DNA from: a virus
Lineage: Duplodnaviria; Caudoviricetes
Length of the DNA stretch: 60,003 nt
Virus record (IMG/VR): IMGVR_UViG_3300037408_000429
Location: 1-60,003 of that record
Reading direction: 5' to 3' (one strand)
The notes beneath the pieces were generated by a model that worked only from the letters and a program-made list of their open reading frames with translations, had not been told where the DNA came from and did no database searches. Every line of letters starts with the position of its first letter. Position 1 is the stretch's first letter. A program made the translations under genes and the position numbers. This document shows, one piece after another, positions 45,853 to 56,319 of the stretch.

Positions 45853-46481
45853 TCAATGAGGTAGTTGGCAGTCCCGGCCCTTGCAGGCCAGCGAGAAGAT
45901 TCCGTTCTTACCGTGACCACCAGGGTATCCGGATTGACAGACGCATAGTGATACATCCAGTTTGCCTCGGAACCATCGTAGTGACTGATGTTATTTGCCG
46001 ACACCATCAAAATTTTAACTTCGCTAAGATCGGCTCTCGTTCCATCGGCGTACAGGGGGAGTTCAATGGTCTGGCCATCGGTGATGGTTCCGTAATCCGA
46101 GGCGATATTATTGCTTAGGCTAGAGTTGGACCCGGCCCCAGATACAAGCTCGGTGATGTAGGCCTGAAGACTTGCGTCCCTGTCGTCCAGCTGTTCCGTG
46201 ACCCAGGTCTTCGACGCCATCTCCGCGCCTTCCAAGGTCATGGTCCCTGTGAATGCAGGGTCGTCTACCGGAGCAAGCCCGTGTGCTCCGGCTATGGGCC
46301 CCAGCATGGTTCCGCCCGCCACCGGTAAGAAGCCGTCGTTTTCCTCGGTCCAGGAACCCTTCTCGATCCAATCCCCAGTGGGGCCTCTCTGGGCCTTGGT
46401 CCCGTTGTCCCTCAGCCATGTGGTTCCAGGCGTGGTATCTGATGGCGCATCAGTTTGCTGGTACGTCTTTACTTCGGACAT
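45840..46481 (-). CDS. Short fibre-like structural protein
   Basis: FLPVAGGTMLG, P.FTG motifs; start MSEVKT. Confidence 0.6.
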   Translation of the reverse strand: MSEVKTYQQTDAPSDTTPGTTWLRDNGTKAQRGPTGDWIEKGSWTEENDGFLPVAGGTMLGPIAGAHGLAPVDDPAFTGTMTLEGAEMASKTWVTEQLDDRDASLQAYITELVSGAGSNSSLSNNIASDYGTITDGQTIELPLYADGTRADLSEVKILMVSANNISHYDGSEANWMYHYASVNPDTLVVTVRTESSRWPARAGTANYLIECRR

Positions 46482-46830
46482 GAACGCCTCCAATGAGTTG
46501 ATAGAACTGGGCCATAAACCTGTCTGCCTTCGCCAGATCCTTGCGTGTTCCGTCTTGACTGTAGAGGTAGGCGGCGGCGGCGAACACCAAATGCTCGTGA
46601 TGAGCGGTTGGAATCCTCTCGTCGGGCTCGGTCTCAGCTTCGGCATCCATGGGGCTCGGCTTTTCCAGGATGCCAATGGTCATTTCGGTGCCATAGGTGA
46701 ACGGGTGAACGGCCAGCTTGGTCGTTCCAGACCAGTTCATCCAGTACCGAGATGCGCCATTTGGCCGGTCTCTCCAGAGTGGATCTCGTTCGTCCATCTG
46801 GTCTTTGGTGGTTCGGCGCAGGACTCTCAT
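46450..46830 (-). CDS. Head-tail adaptor, C-terminal half-like
   Basis: MDERDPLWR, IP..HHE.LV..A...LYSQD..A..F...F pattern. Confidence 0.55.
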   Translation of the reverse strand: MRVLRRTTKDQMDERDPLWRDRPNGASRYWMNWSGTTKLAVHPFTYGTEMTIGILEKPSPMDAEAETEPDERIPTAHHEHLVFAAAAYLYSQDGTRKDLAKADRFMAQFYQLIGGVHVRSKDVPAN

Positions 46831-47345
46831 GCTGTCTCCTCCACGTCCACGTAGGATGTTCCGCGCACGGTCTTGCGGTCAAGGGTCACGGCCACCGAAA
46901 GGGTGACTCTGCCGACCGTGGACCTGGTGACGACGATGGAATTGGTCCCCTGCCCGCTGGCGATCACACCGCCGGCCACGGACCACAGGTAGGTAGCCCC
47001 AATCTGCTCATCGACAGAGGCGGTAAACGGGGTGCTGTCCAGGTACCAGGGCCCTACAGAAATGGTTGCTTCAGGGTTGGATTCGTCTTCCGGAGTGATG
47101 ACGCGATCCACATCCAGAACGCCCGAATCGCTAACCGGGTCTGGCCACGTCAGATCGAGATACCCGTTCTCGTCTACATCAACCTGGACCTCGGTGTAGG
47201 TGCAGTGTGTGGCTTCAGTATAGCGATCCTGGGCCCAGTTCAAGGCGTCGATCACCTGGTCCTGGTCCCACCCGTCCGAATTGTCTTCATGCTCAACGTC
47301 CCCAATAAGTTCGCGCAGCCTGGCTTCGAGTGTGGTTAGATTCAT
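46827..47345 (-). CDS. Head-tail adaptor N-terminal half-like with Ig/PKD-like extension
   Basis: RELIGD...W...VIDALNWAQ; TYLWSVAGGVIASGQGTNSIVV. Confidence 0.55.
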   Translation of the reverse strand: MNLTTLEARLRELIGDVEHEDNSDGWDQDQVIDALNWAQDRYTEATHCTYTEVQVDVDENGYLDLTWPDPVSDSGVLDVDRVITPEDESNPEATISVGPWYLDSTPFTASVDEQIGATYLWSVAGGVIASGQGTNSIVVTRSTVGRVTLSVAVTLDRKTVRGTSYVDVEETA

Positions 47346-47349
47346 GGCG

Positions 47350-47997
47350 CTACTCCTGGGGAAGCCAATCGTTCATCATGCGAACAACACCGCTCCCTTC
47401 CATAGCCATGTGGCATAGACCGGGAAGTTCGTTCTTGTAGGAAGCCAGATAGGTTTGAGACTTGGACAGGTTTTGGCCCTTCCCGTCGATTTCGAACAGC
47501 AGGTACTTCGAATAGGCCACCAGGGCATCCTCGAAGCGGTCTGGGAATTCGATTTCATCAGGAACAGACTCTCTCCCTGGAACCCATGTGATGTCCGCCC
47601 TCAGCCCGTATTGGGAATTGGATGGGCACTCGAAGTAAACATAGTTGTCCAGCTTGGAACACCAGACGTAGGGCTCTTGTGTCTCGTTGGTTTCGGGCGC
47701 CTGGGGTTTGGCTTCCTGGTATAGTTTCAGGTCCCTGTCGAGTTTCAGCCACTTCTCTAGGTCTTCCTCCCAAAACCACACAGCCTCGATGCTTCTGATC
47801 TTTCTCCCGGCCGGCAGTTCCAATAGCACATTCCATTCGTTTTCCTGGATGGTGAATGGAATGGTGTCCTTCAGGACTCCTGTGTCCCTTGCGACCTTGA
47901 TGGCTGCCTCCAAAAGAGCGCCCTCCACGGATCCCGGGAGGGCGTCATCTCTCAAGACAGACACACGATGGAAAATTTCGGTGAGTCTCACGGCCAT
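47350..47997 (-). CDS. Head-tail adaptor/tubular-A-like protein
   Basis: Position after capsid genes; FEDALV...LFEIDGK pattern. Confidence 0.55.
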   Translation of the reverse strand: MAVRLTEIFHRVSVLRDDALPGSVEGALLEAAIKVARDTGVLKDTIPFTIQENEWNVLLELPAGRKIRSIEAVWFWEEDLEKWLKLDRDLKLYQEAKPQAPETNETQEPYVWCSKLDNYVYFECPSNSQYGLRADITWVPGRESVPDEIEFPDRFEDALVAYSKYLLFEIDGKGQNLSKSQTYLASYKNELPGLCHMAMEGSGVVRMMNDWLPQE

Positions 47998-48045
47998 GCT
48001 GCTCTCCTTGTTCCGAGTTTAGGGCAGGCCGGGGAGGACTGCACC

Positions 48046-48459
48046 TTAATTGTCTTCGCCTTCGTCTCCATCTTCCGAATCATCCGCGATGCCAAGCTGA
48101 GCCCTGGTGGAGGCTTCACTCTCTCGCTCTGCGGCGATCTGGTCAATCAGGATGGACCTGGACTGACCCTCGTCCCTGATCCCATATTCGGCGGCGATAT
48201 CCATGACACGCTGGCGAGACATGGAGAACATCCTTTTGAGAGGGATCTTGAGCAGGTCGTTCGACTTTTCTTTCTCGCTCACCATTTCCTCGCGTTCCAT
48301 GGTGAAGCTTTTGGGATCTGATTCGGCTGCGTCAATTAAACGCTGCCACAGCGCCCCGGAAACATCCTTGATGCCGATCACACGGGGACGGCCTGTCTTG
48401 GTCTCAACCGACTTGAGACAGACGATGCGGACGACTCGCATTTCTTTGGTTGCCATCAT
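48046..48459 (-). CDS. Hypothetical protein
   Basis: GGAGGG RBS. Confidence 0.6.
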   Translation of the reverse strand: MMATKEMRVVRIVCLKSVETKTGRPRVIGIKDVSGALWQRLIDAAESDPKSFTMEREEMVSEKEKSNDLLKIPLKRMFSMSRQRVMDIAAEYGIRDEGQSRSILIDQIAAERESEASTRAQLGIADDSEDGDEGEDN

Positions 48460-48475
48460 TCCCTCCGGGAAGATG

Positions 48476-48500
48476 CAAGGGGGGCACGAGGCCCCCCTTG
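48476..48500 (-). terminator. GC-rich hairpin after capsid genes
   Basis: CAAGGGGGGC-ACGAG-GCCCCCCTTG; weak U-tract. Confidence 0.55.
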
Positions 48501-48514
48501 TCTAGGTTGTGGGA

Positions 48515-48973
48515 TTAGTAGAAGTTGCAGACCTGACCGACGAGGAAGCCAACGTCGATGACGCCGTCCGTGGGGACAATGGTGCCAGGATTCACGTTGA
48601 TGTCAAGATCGGCCGCCAGGAAAACAGGCATGGCGGCAACATCGAACATATCGCCCGTGGCCTGAACAGCCATGTAACAGGTCCCTTCGGCTGCGGCAGG
48701 GTCGACGGAATTGATGATTTCCTTGGCGCCTCCATCCTGAATGCCGATGTTGGACACGCCGATGGTCGTGCAGCTCTCGATGATCTCGGCACCGGCACCG
48801 AGGACGATCATGCCCTTCTTGAGGGTGCCGATGGTAATGAGATCGCTTCCGGTGTAGGTGGAGTACTTGGCATAGACTTCAGCTGCGTCGAAGCGGAAAA
48901 TGACCGTTCGAGCAGGAAGTCCGCTGACGTTCATCCCGCCAGAATCGCCATGGGTGAAATCGTAAGTCGTCAT
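48515..48973 (-). CDS. Capsid decoration/minor capsid protein
   Basis: Directly after the major capsid gene; strong RBS. Confidence 0.55.
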   Translation of the reverse strand: MTTYDFTHGDSGGMNVSGLPARTVIFRFDAAEVYAKYSTYTGSDLITIGTLKKGMIVLGAGAEIIESCTTIGVSNIGIQDGGAKEIINSVDPAAAEGTCYMAVQATGDMFDVAAMPVFLAADLDINVNPGTIVPTDGVIDVGFLVGQVCNFY

Positions 48974-49028
48974 GTTAGTTCCTTTCTTGGTTTCGGATTA
49001 GGTTTCGTGGACAAGTGAGGCGGTGCGC

Positions 49029-49937
49029 TTAGATCGTGGGCCACTTAACACTGATGCAGATGAGCATCGGGGGCTTGGTGACCTTGTACCCATACAGGCA
49101 CATGCCACGGATGACATCGCCCATTTCGTCGGGGTTGCGGAGGGTTTCGACTTTCTTGTCCATCTGCATTGCCCAAGTAATGGCCCGCTTGTGGCCAACG
49201 AGAATCTGAGTGTAGCCTGCCACTTCGGCGAGTTGGTTGCTGAAGTAGGTCTTGATGCCGCACACGGGACGGGCGACCTTGCCAGTGACGTAGGTGGACT
49301 GGAAGCCGGTCCCCATGTCCTGTGCCTTGGTTTGGGGCCCAATGCCAAGCAGGTACATGGCGTCGTAGGAAGCCACGGACCACAGCTGGTCCATTTCGCC
49401 TTCCACGTCAACCTTGTTCTTGCCGAGCAGCATCAGGGCCTTCATGTAGGCCTGGGCGAATTCCTCGGGGTCGGGGGTGGTGAGTTCAAAGGTTTCTCCG
49501 GCCGACGCATAGACGGTTTGGAGCACATCGGCACTCATGAACACGTCCATATCCTTGCTGGCGCCACTCAGGAAGTCGCGCTGAAGGTTCATGTCGGACT
49601 GAAGTTTCTCAACATCGTCGATGGCAAGATCGAAACCTGCGGTCTTGTCGAGAGCGATGGGGATGCTCGTGTACTTCACACGGTCCCGCTTGCGGGTCTG
49701 GCCAGGCACAACACGGTGAATGGGAATCGTGGGGATCTCGCGCACGTAGATCGTGTCGCCGGGGCCCTTGGCTTCGTTCTCCCAATCGCTGTTCGTGATT
49801 TCTTTCAGGAAGGTTCGGTCGTAGAGATGGACATTGAGCTTGGTGGACCAAATGTCCGGGGTGGTGATGCCTCGATCAAGCTGGCCCGTTCCGGCACCAG
49901 CAAGCGCCGGGGTTTTGTAAAGGGCTTCGTTGGCCAT
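49029..49937 (-). CDS. Major capsid protein
   Basis: PDIWSTKL, ITNSDWE.E...GDTI, IDDVEK.QS, RGM.LYG.KV..P. Confidence 0.9.
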   Translation of the reverse strand: MANEALYKTPALAGAGTGQLDRGITTPDIWSTKLNVHLYDRTFLKEITNSDWENEAKGPGDTIYVREIPTIPIHRVVPGQTRKRDRVKYTSIPIALDKTAGFDLAIDDVEKLQSDMNLQRDFLSGASKDMDVFMSADVLQTVYASAGETFELTTPDPEEFAQAYMKALMLLGKNKVDVEGEMDQLWSVASYDAMYLLGIGPQTKAQDMGTGFQSTYVTGKVARPVCGIKTYFSNQLAEVAGYTQILVGHKRAITWAMQMDKKVETLRNPDEMGDVIRGMCLYGYKVTKPPMLICISVKWPTI

Positions 49938-49952
49938 GACGTTCTCCTGGTA

Positions 49953-51035
49953 TTACTTCAGGGTTTGTAGGGTTGGTATCGCGCCCCTGCCCTCGCTAAT
50001 AGCAGCCACTTCACCCTCGTGGAGTTCGCGCATGAGAGCGTTTATCTCCTCGAGAGAATGGTTGCGCCTGTTGATTGTGAGCTCCCTGTTGATCTCGGCC
50101 AACCGGACTTTGGTCAACGGCACGGGACCGGCGGATACGTTTTTGGGTGACGATGGGATGCGCCTCGGTTCCGTGGACATGAGCCCTGGATCCGGTGTTT
50201 GTGCTTGGGGTGCGGGCGCGGACTGCCGCCTGGAATGGAAATCGTCGAGAAGGTTGATGATTTTTTCTTGGGGATAATTCTCGGGATATTCCAGCATGTC
50301 CAGGACGGTGCTTTGTATGTAGGAAGCCATGGATCCCACAAAGTCTCTAAATTCTGGAGACTGGATGATCGCCCCGGCCTTCGGGTATTTGTCGAAGACT
50401 GGAACCAAGTGTTTGGAACGCTTCTCTTTCAGGGCGTCCTGTTCGGTCTGCGAATCAGCCTGCTTGAGGATGGGATCCAACTTCTTCAATTTCGGCTCTA
50501 CGTGCTGTGCCAGAGACTTCTGGATGAATTTTTCCAGCCCCGGGATCATGTCACCATAAATATCAACAAATGACTTAAAGTCCTCGTCAGACTCAAGATC
50601 CTGCGGAGAGGCTGGCGGTTTGGGTGCTGTTTTCAGTTCATTCAGAAGGGTTGTCAGCTCGTTGATCTGGTTGCGGGCCTCTGCAAGTTCTCGCTGGGTG
50701 GGTGTCACCCTGCCAAGGGCCGCGGACAAATCGTTTTCGAGCTTCTTGATCTGGTCCTTCAGCGTATGGATGTCGTCTCCGGTCGGCGCTTGCGACACTG
50801 GCGCTTGGGGTGCCGCTGGCGCTTCGGACTGATCCGGATTTTCCGGAAGACTGACATCCTTCTTTTCCTCGCCTGCTTCGTCTGCGGTTGTGGGCTGGGC
50901 AGCCCCCGCATCCGGCTGAGACCCGCCCAGGGAAGCCAAGTACGCACGTTGCCTCTCGATGAAGCTGTTGCTCGTAGTTGGCCTAGAGCCCTGCTCCAGG
51001 TCTGTTTCTGCGGCCTCCGGCCTAGGTTTTGACAT
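49953..51035 (-). CDS. Scaffolding protein
   Basis: Low-complexity coiled coil, C-terminal EGR motif, upstream of the capsid gene. Confidence 0.7.
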   Translation of the reverse strand: MSKPRPEAAETDLEQGSRPTTSNSFIERQRAYLASLGGSQPDAGAAQPTTADEAGEEKKDVSLPENPDQSEAPAAPQAPVSQAPTGDDIHTLKDQIKKLENDLSAALGRVTPTQRELAEARNQINELTTLLNELKTAPKPPASPQDLESDEDFKSFVDIYGDMIPGLEKFIQKSLAQHVEPKLKKLDPILKQADSQTEQDALKEKRSKHLVPVFDKYPKAGAIIQSPEFRDFVGSMASYIQSTVLDMLEYPENYPQEKIINLLDDFHSRRQSAPAPQAQTPDPGLMSTEPRRIPSSPKNVSAGPVPLTKVRLAEINRELTINRRNHSLEEINALMRELHEGEVAAISEGRGAIPTLQTLK

Positions 51036-51096
51036 GAGATTTTCTCCTTGGTTGGTGTGGCTACTTTGTAGGCACCCTATAGACTGAAATTATTGC

Positions 51097-51368
51097 CTAA
51101 TCCTGGGTAGGAGCAAGATTTTCTTTGGCGCATTGCCTGGTTTGTACGGTTCCAACCAGCCCAAGCAGGTACCGTATTTCCTTTCTGGCACCCTGGGACG
51201 TGGCCACATCCTCAAAATTCATGGCCCTGTCGTATTTTCTGGCTTCGTTTTCATACCGCAGGTGGTACAGGGCCAGAAGCGCCTGGCCCCCCGGTGTTAC
51301 CAGAAGTCTGGATGCCATTTCCTCCAAGTCCTCCACCGGTCTTGCCAGCAAGCTTTGATCCAGCATTG
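51097..51368 (-). CDS. Small hypothetical protein downstream of portal
   Basis: SQG..KEIR.LL motif; overlaps the portal 3' end. Confidence 0.5.
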
Positions 51369-53569
51369 ATCGCCTCCAAGGTCGCATAATCGCTTTCGGT
51401 TGGGGTTGCGGCTGCGTGTTCTGCGGCATGGCCAAGGATCATGGCCGCGGCCTGATCCGCTTCGTCTCCGGGATTGAACACACCCAGCATGGGACCGACC
51501 TTGCGCCCAACGGCTATCTTCATGGCAAGCGCGGTATCCGGGATTTCTCCGAAGAATTTGAGAGCGGCATCTTTTTCGGACATTTGAGGCTGGTACCGTG
51601 CTTGGGCCTGGGCGATTTGATCCGCCGTCTGGACCTGCATGGCTTGTTCCTGCTCGGCATTGCGCTTCTTTTCTTCGTCGGAGTAGATGAATCCTTCTTC
51701 TTTGAAGCCAAGTTTGTCGAACAGCCACCGGTAGATGCGGCGCTTGTCCATGTCCTTGGCGGCTTCTGGATCCTGGGCGATCTTGCCCAGTGCGTCCACG
51801 ACGCGCTCAGTCATAACCTCATCCGCCATCACGCTTTCTGCGCCCATGGCTACGACTTCAAAGTCTCCCTTGATGGTGTCATCAGTGGCCCATTGCATGT
51901 TCCAGAAGTACATGGATCGGATCAACGGTTCGGTCACATAGCGGTCGATGTTCCTCTGAACATTGCGGGTGGGTGCGTCTGACCAACTCCCAAGCATAGA
52001 CAGTCCGCTGCTCGTCCTGTGAATACCTGATGCCGTTGGAGGCGTCACAGTGTCCGGCATGGATGTGGACTCCTGGATGTTCTTGTTGGCGATCTCGGCG
52101 ATCTGCCGCAGGTAGGGCGTCGTGTTGGGGACACTGAAGAACGACACGGGCGGCAACGTGGACCGTTCCACATCCTCGGACGCGAACATGGTGCCGCCGC
52201 GGAGAATCATGTCCTGGTCCTTCACGCGGCTCTTGTCGTACCAGCCGATGGGAAGCGCAGAAGCGCCCATGTTGTCCATCATGGCGCGGTAGACGGTGTT
52301 CAAAACGGCGGCCCAGTCGGACATCATCCAGGCGATACCCTGCCCGAACAACTTCTTGGGAACCTTTTCGTATGGGGCCACGTAGAACGGGAGCCGTTTG
52401 GGCTGGAGAGGCGCCACGCTTGCCTTGAGAACGGCATTCCCGCACGTCCAAATGTTGGCGATCACGACTTCATCAGGATCGTAATCAACCTCTTCCCATG
52501 CCAGATTGGCCGGATTGAACTTCTTCTTCTTAGGGACGGTTCCGCCGCCCTTTTCAAGCTCGTCAACCGTCATGAAGCCCCACCATTCCAGGAACACCTG
52601 GCGCTTCACCAGGGAAGAGGGGTCCTGCTGGGTGTTGGCGGCCTGGATGCCTTGTTCCCAGGTTTCAGGAACCCACTTGCCTTCCTGGGTCCTGATGACG
52701 CGCATCACGTTTTCCTTGAAGAACCCGGGCTTGTCCAGGTAGTCATAGACTTCGCTGCTGTTGAGAACGTGCCGTGTGATGGCGTAGTCCAGCTTTTCGA
52801 CACACCATGCCCCGGGACTGGGATACCAATCCCAGCACGAGACATGGACAACCTCTGGCCGGTAGGTCACAAGGCCGTCGCTGTCAAAGTAGGACCACAC
52901 CCCACCCCTGCGTGAAAACCTTCCTCCTTTGTGAGACTTGGTCAATGGACCCTTGAAGATCATGGTTCCGTATAGGCAAAACTCAGCAAGGCCTTCGTCA
53001 TGATGGACAGGAAACAACATCTCCTGGAAGTCGTCTTCGATCTTGCCCTTCATTCTCGCGGCGCGGTCAATGGCCAGTTTTTTGACGCTGTCCATCAGGT
53101 CTTCCGCGCTCAATTCTGCGGCGATGATGCTCGCCAATGGTTGATTCCGCATGGAGGCCAGAGTGTCGGAAAGATGGCTCTTCAGTTCTTTTTCGCCGAA
53201 CTCTAACAAGGTGGGCTGCTTGGTGGGCTTCAGGTCCCACTTGAAACCAATCTCCCGGTGTCTGGCCATGGCCGCGGCGACCTTGGTACGCGTGATCTTC
53301 ATGGTCACCTTGGAGCGCAGCGCCATGGCTCTTTCGTTGGCGGGGCGCGGTGCCGTGCCACAGAACTGCTCATGAACTTTTTGCCAGATATCCTCGTCGT
53401 CCCTCCGGTAGTCCCTGGCTGTCCCAAAGTCCGAATTCACCCGAAGCGCAAGGGCGTCTGGAACTGTAGACGCGATTGGCTCCAACAACCCCCCACCCTG
53501 GGGGGTTGAGTATGCGTCAAACTCCTTGGGAGCCACGGCTGGCGTAGAAAGTGCGGTATCAGGTTCCAT
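51251..53569 (-). CDS. Portal protein
   Basis: ITRTKV, YGTMIFKGP, WDWYP.P, PYEKVP...FGQGI, RTSSGLSML, IKGDFEV.A.G. Confidence 0.9.
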   Translation of the reverse strand: MEPDTALSTPAVAPKEFDAYSTPQGGGLLEPIASTVPDALALRVNSDFGTARDYRRDDEDIWQKVHEQFCGTAPRPANERAMALRSKVTMKITRTKVAAAMARHREIGFKWDLKPTKQPTLLEFGEKELKSHLSDTLASMRNQPLASIIAAELSAEDLMDSVKKLAIDRAARMKGKIEDDFQEMLFPVHHDEGLAEFCLYGTMIFKGPLTKSHKGGRFSRRGGVWSYFDSDGLVTYRPEVVHVSCWDWYPSPGAWCVEKLDYAITRHVLNSSEVYDYLDKPGFFKENVMRVIRTQEGKWVPETWEQGIQAANTQQDPSSLVKRQVFLEWWGFMTVDELEKGGGTVPKKKKFNPANLAWEEVDYDPDEVVIANIWTCGNAVLKASVAPLQPKRLPFYVAPYEKVPKKLFGQGIAWMMSDWAAVLNTVYRAMMDNMGASALPIGWYDKSRVKDQDMILRGGTMFASEDVERSTLPPVSFFSVPNTTPYLRQIAEIANKNIQESTSMPDTVTPPTASGIHRTSSGLSMLGSWSDAPTRNVQRNIDRYVTEPLIRSMYFWNMQWATDDTIKGDFEVVAMGAESVMADEVMTERVVDALGKIAQDPEAAKDMDKRRIYRWLFDKLGFKEEGFIYSDEEKKRNAEQEQAMQVQTADQIAQAQARYQPQMSEKDAALKFFGEIPDTALAMKIAVGRKVGPMLGVFNPGDEADQAAAMILGHAAEHAAATPTESDYATLEAINAGSKLAGKTGGGLGGNGIQTSGNTGGPGASGPVPPAV

Positions 53570-53580
53570 TGTGTCTCCCG

Positions 53581-55059
53581 TTAGTATCCCGTGTAGGGGT
53601 CAAGGATGGGTGGCGCAGTGCTCCGCACTTCTCTCTCACGGTAGTCCTTCGGACGGGCCTTGTCGATATCCCAAAAGGCATATCTTGTGGCGTCCATCAG
53701 GTGGTCGTTCTTTTTTCTGGGGACCGGATTCCCGGCTGAATCCACCTTCTTTTCGTCCCAGATGTAGTCCTGCCACTCTTCAACCCAGTGTCGGCAGTTC
53801 TTGAAAACAAAGAATTTCCCTTGCATCATGGCGGTATAGAGCTTGCGTATCCCGTCTTGGACATTGTTGTAGGCAAACTTTATCTCCCAGTTTTCCCCAA
53901 GTCCTTCGCGGTATTCCTTGATGATGGTCCCGTGATCCCGGTCGCTCCGTTTGGAGCTTGGGTCTATCCGGACCGGAAAGCGACCAACCCTGGATCGTAT
54001 GGCCGCACAGGCATTAGGGACCAGGGTCCCAGGAAGCACCAATTCGCGCACGCCGTAGGTGATATCCGCATTCACGTCTCTCATCAACAGCATGCCCGCC
54101 GTAGTTCCGGTCGTCGCTACGTCCCATCCGAGAATTCCAACATCGTATCGCTCAAGTTCAAACGGGTTTATAAGTAGATACTTTTGGTCCACAGGGTAAA
54201 TCATGCCGCTTGCCATGGTTGGCATGCCGGTGGTTCTGGCCTCGACCTCATGTGGAAGTAGGCCGGCAACCAGGTCTTTCTTGTCCTGCTCTGTGAGGTG
54301 GGGGACATCGGCCCATCCGATGATGACCTTTTGGACCACTTCATGGTCCATCTCGTCGAACAGCCACTTCACAAGCTCGGTTCTGCCCTTCAGCGGTGTG
54401 AATGTGATAAGCATAATGCCGGCGGCCTTGTCACCTGTTCCCGCGGTTCGCATCTTGTTCTCAACGAACACATCCCAGTCACATTCTTCGTCGATCCAGA
54501 TCACCTGTTTGGCGTCACCCTGCATGGCCTCGCGGCCCTGAGTGTTCGCCATCATTTCACACACACTCACACCGCCTGTAATATGCTTAACCCATACAGT
54601 AGACACAACATCTGTCATGCCTGGGTGCATAGTGTGGTCCACGATCAGATCCTTTGGAATCATCCCGGTTCCCATGGCAAACCGGATGTCTCCCATCAAT
54701 TCAGCCTGCATGACCTTCCGCAGTTGTTCAAACGACACAGCTACGCATCTGGCCTGAATCGGTCGGAAGAACCGCTTCCCCTTCCACCAGTCCGGATACT
54801 TTCCGGTCAAATGACAGACCAGTTCAAAGGCGGCAGACATGGTCTTCCCAACACGATTAGCACCGAAAAGCGCCTTACATTTGCACTTGAATCCTAGCCA
54901 CAGTGCTTGTTTCTCGTAGGGCTCATAAGTCTCGAACTTCTTGAACGAAAGGCGCCGCTCTTTCTCCTGCATCAAGAGCAAGTATTCTTGCTCTGGTGAT
55001 ATGGACTTGGTTGCTTCGTTGGAGAATTCGACGGAAACCAGGGGATCAACAGGAGACAT
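53581..55059 (-). CDS. terL: Terminase large subunit
   Basis: GANRVGKT, IWIDEE, TFTPLKG, GWD, DHLMDATRY. Confidence 0.95.
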   Translation of the reverse strand: MSPVDPLVSVEFSNEATKSISPEQEYLLLMQEKERRLSFKKFETYEPYEKQALWLGFKCKCKALFGANRVGKTMSAAFELVCHLTGKYPDWWKGKRFFRPIQARCVAVSFEQLRKVMQAELMGDIRFAMGTGMIPKDLIVDHTMHPGMTDVVSTVWVKHITGGVSVCEMMANTQGREAMQGDAKQVIWIDEECDWDVFVENKMRTAGTGDKAAGIMLITFTPLKGRTELVKWLFDEMDHEVVQKVIIGWADVPHLTEQDKKDLVAGLLPHEVEARTTGMPTMASGMIYPVDQKYLLINPFELERYDVGILGWDVATTGTTAGMLLMRDVNADITYGVRELVLPGTLVPNACAAIRSRVGRFPVRIDPSSKRSDRDHGTIIKEYREGLGENWEIKFAYNNVQDGIRKLYTAMMQGKFFVFKNCRHWVEEWQDYIWDEKKVDSAGNPVPRKKNDHLMDATRYAFWDIDKARPKDYREREVRSTAPPILDPYTGY

Positions 55060-55817
55060 TATTTGCTCTCCGGGTCTGGGATTTCTGGCAGAACGTCAAT
55101 ATATTCTTCGCCTGGCCTGATTTCACTCTCTATGACTACTCTGTTCTTGAGTGTTTCCAGTGCCTTTTCTGTGCCCAGATGTTCGACCAGGAATTTTTTC
55201 ACCTTGGGGTTGTGGGCCAATTCCGCTAGGCGGCCATCCAGGGCGTCATCACTCATGCCTCGCGCATCCAGCCCGCCGCCCGTGAAGTTGTGGGTATTGT
55301 TGACATCCACCCGTTCTCTCAAACCCTTGTTGACGATTCTGGGAAGAACCTTGGAGGCAAAGTCTACTTTGACTTTCAGGAGTTTTGGGTCAACACTGTC
55401 CGCCCCCGGGCCAAGCACTTCATGAGTTACACTTTCAAGGAGTTCTAGCTGGTGGGCGTGATTCCACAAGTCCAACAGTTGTCCAAACTGCTGATCGGTC
55501 ACACACCACCGCATGACCTCCATCAAAGAGGGCCACCATGTTGGATCTTCCGGGTGTTCGGCTCTTTTGCTATCAAGGATTTCTACCAGGGTATGACCCT
55601 TTTCAAGCAGGATCTTGATTTCCTGCTTCAGTTCTCCGGTCGTCATGGCACCGTGTTCCCAGAGGACCATGACTCCATCGGTTTCCTGGATCTTCCTTGG
55701 CGCCTTGGGAATCTGTTTGACCCATGGGCGTGTGATCCCGCCTGGGAAAACCGGAGCAGTCGGCGTCAACGCCACGCCAAAATCAGGCAATTTTTGACTA
55801 GAGTCCAATTCACCCAT
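55059..55817 (-). CDS. Putative terminase small subunit
   Basis: Immediately upstream of terL; HTH-like PSL.EV.RW; start MGELDS. Confidence 0.55.
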   Translation of the reverse strand: MGELDSSQKLPDFGVALTPTAPVFPGGITRPWVKQIPKAPRKIQETDGVMVLWEHGAMTTGELKQEIKILLEKGHTLVEILDSKRAEHPEDPTWWPSLMEVMRWCVTDQQFGQLLDLWNHAHQLELLESVTHEVLGPGADSVDPKLLKVKVDFASKVLPRIVNKGLRERVDVNNTHNFTGGGLDARGMSDDALDGRLAELAHNPKVKKFLVEHLGTEKALETLKNRVVIESEIRPGEEYIDVLPEIPDPESK

Positions 55818-55947
55818 GCCCTCATGATACTGCAAAAGATTCCTCAATGCACAACAAAGCCGCCCTTGGGCGGCCAAGTGACGTTTATCCTTGTGTTTGG
55901 GCGGGGTTGATAAACGGCAAAATCGACTACCCCATGGAATCTTTGGT

Positions 55948-56316
55948 CTAGGACTCCATCTCGTCCTGCACAATTTTGGCTAGGACTCTCCCAAGGACCG
56001 CGTAGTCAATTCTTGACCCAGGCTGAGCACCACACAGGTCCGCAAGATATTCACTCACATTGGCATCAGCGAAGGCCCTTAGAAGGTGGGCGAGATTTGA
56101 CCGAGCAGACAAGAGATCGCTGTACTCAAAGGCGGTATTCAAATGCAATTCGGCCTCTTCTGTGGACCACCCCAGGGCAATTCTGGCGTCTTCCATGAAC
56201 ACCGTCATCTCGTCAGGTTTCAGTAGAGCCCTACCCGGATGGAGACTTTGGGGCCTAGTTGGATCGTCGATGGGATCAATCCCGCCACAACCGTCATACA
56301 ACGTCTCTTCTCGCAT
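55948..56316 (-). CDS. Hypothetical protein
   Basis: AAGGAG RBS. Confidence 0.6.
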   Translation of the reverse strand: MREETLYDGCGGIDPIDDPTRPQSLHPGRALLKPDEMTVFMEDARIALGWSTEEAELHLNTAFEYSDLLSARSNLAHLLRAFADANVSEYLADLCGAQPGSRIDYAVLGRVLAKIVQDEMES

Positions 56317-56319
56317 GGG

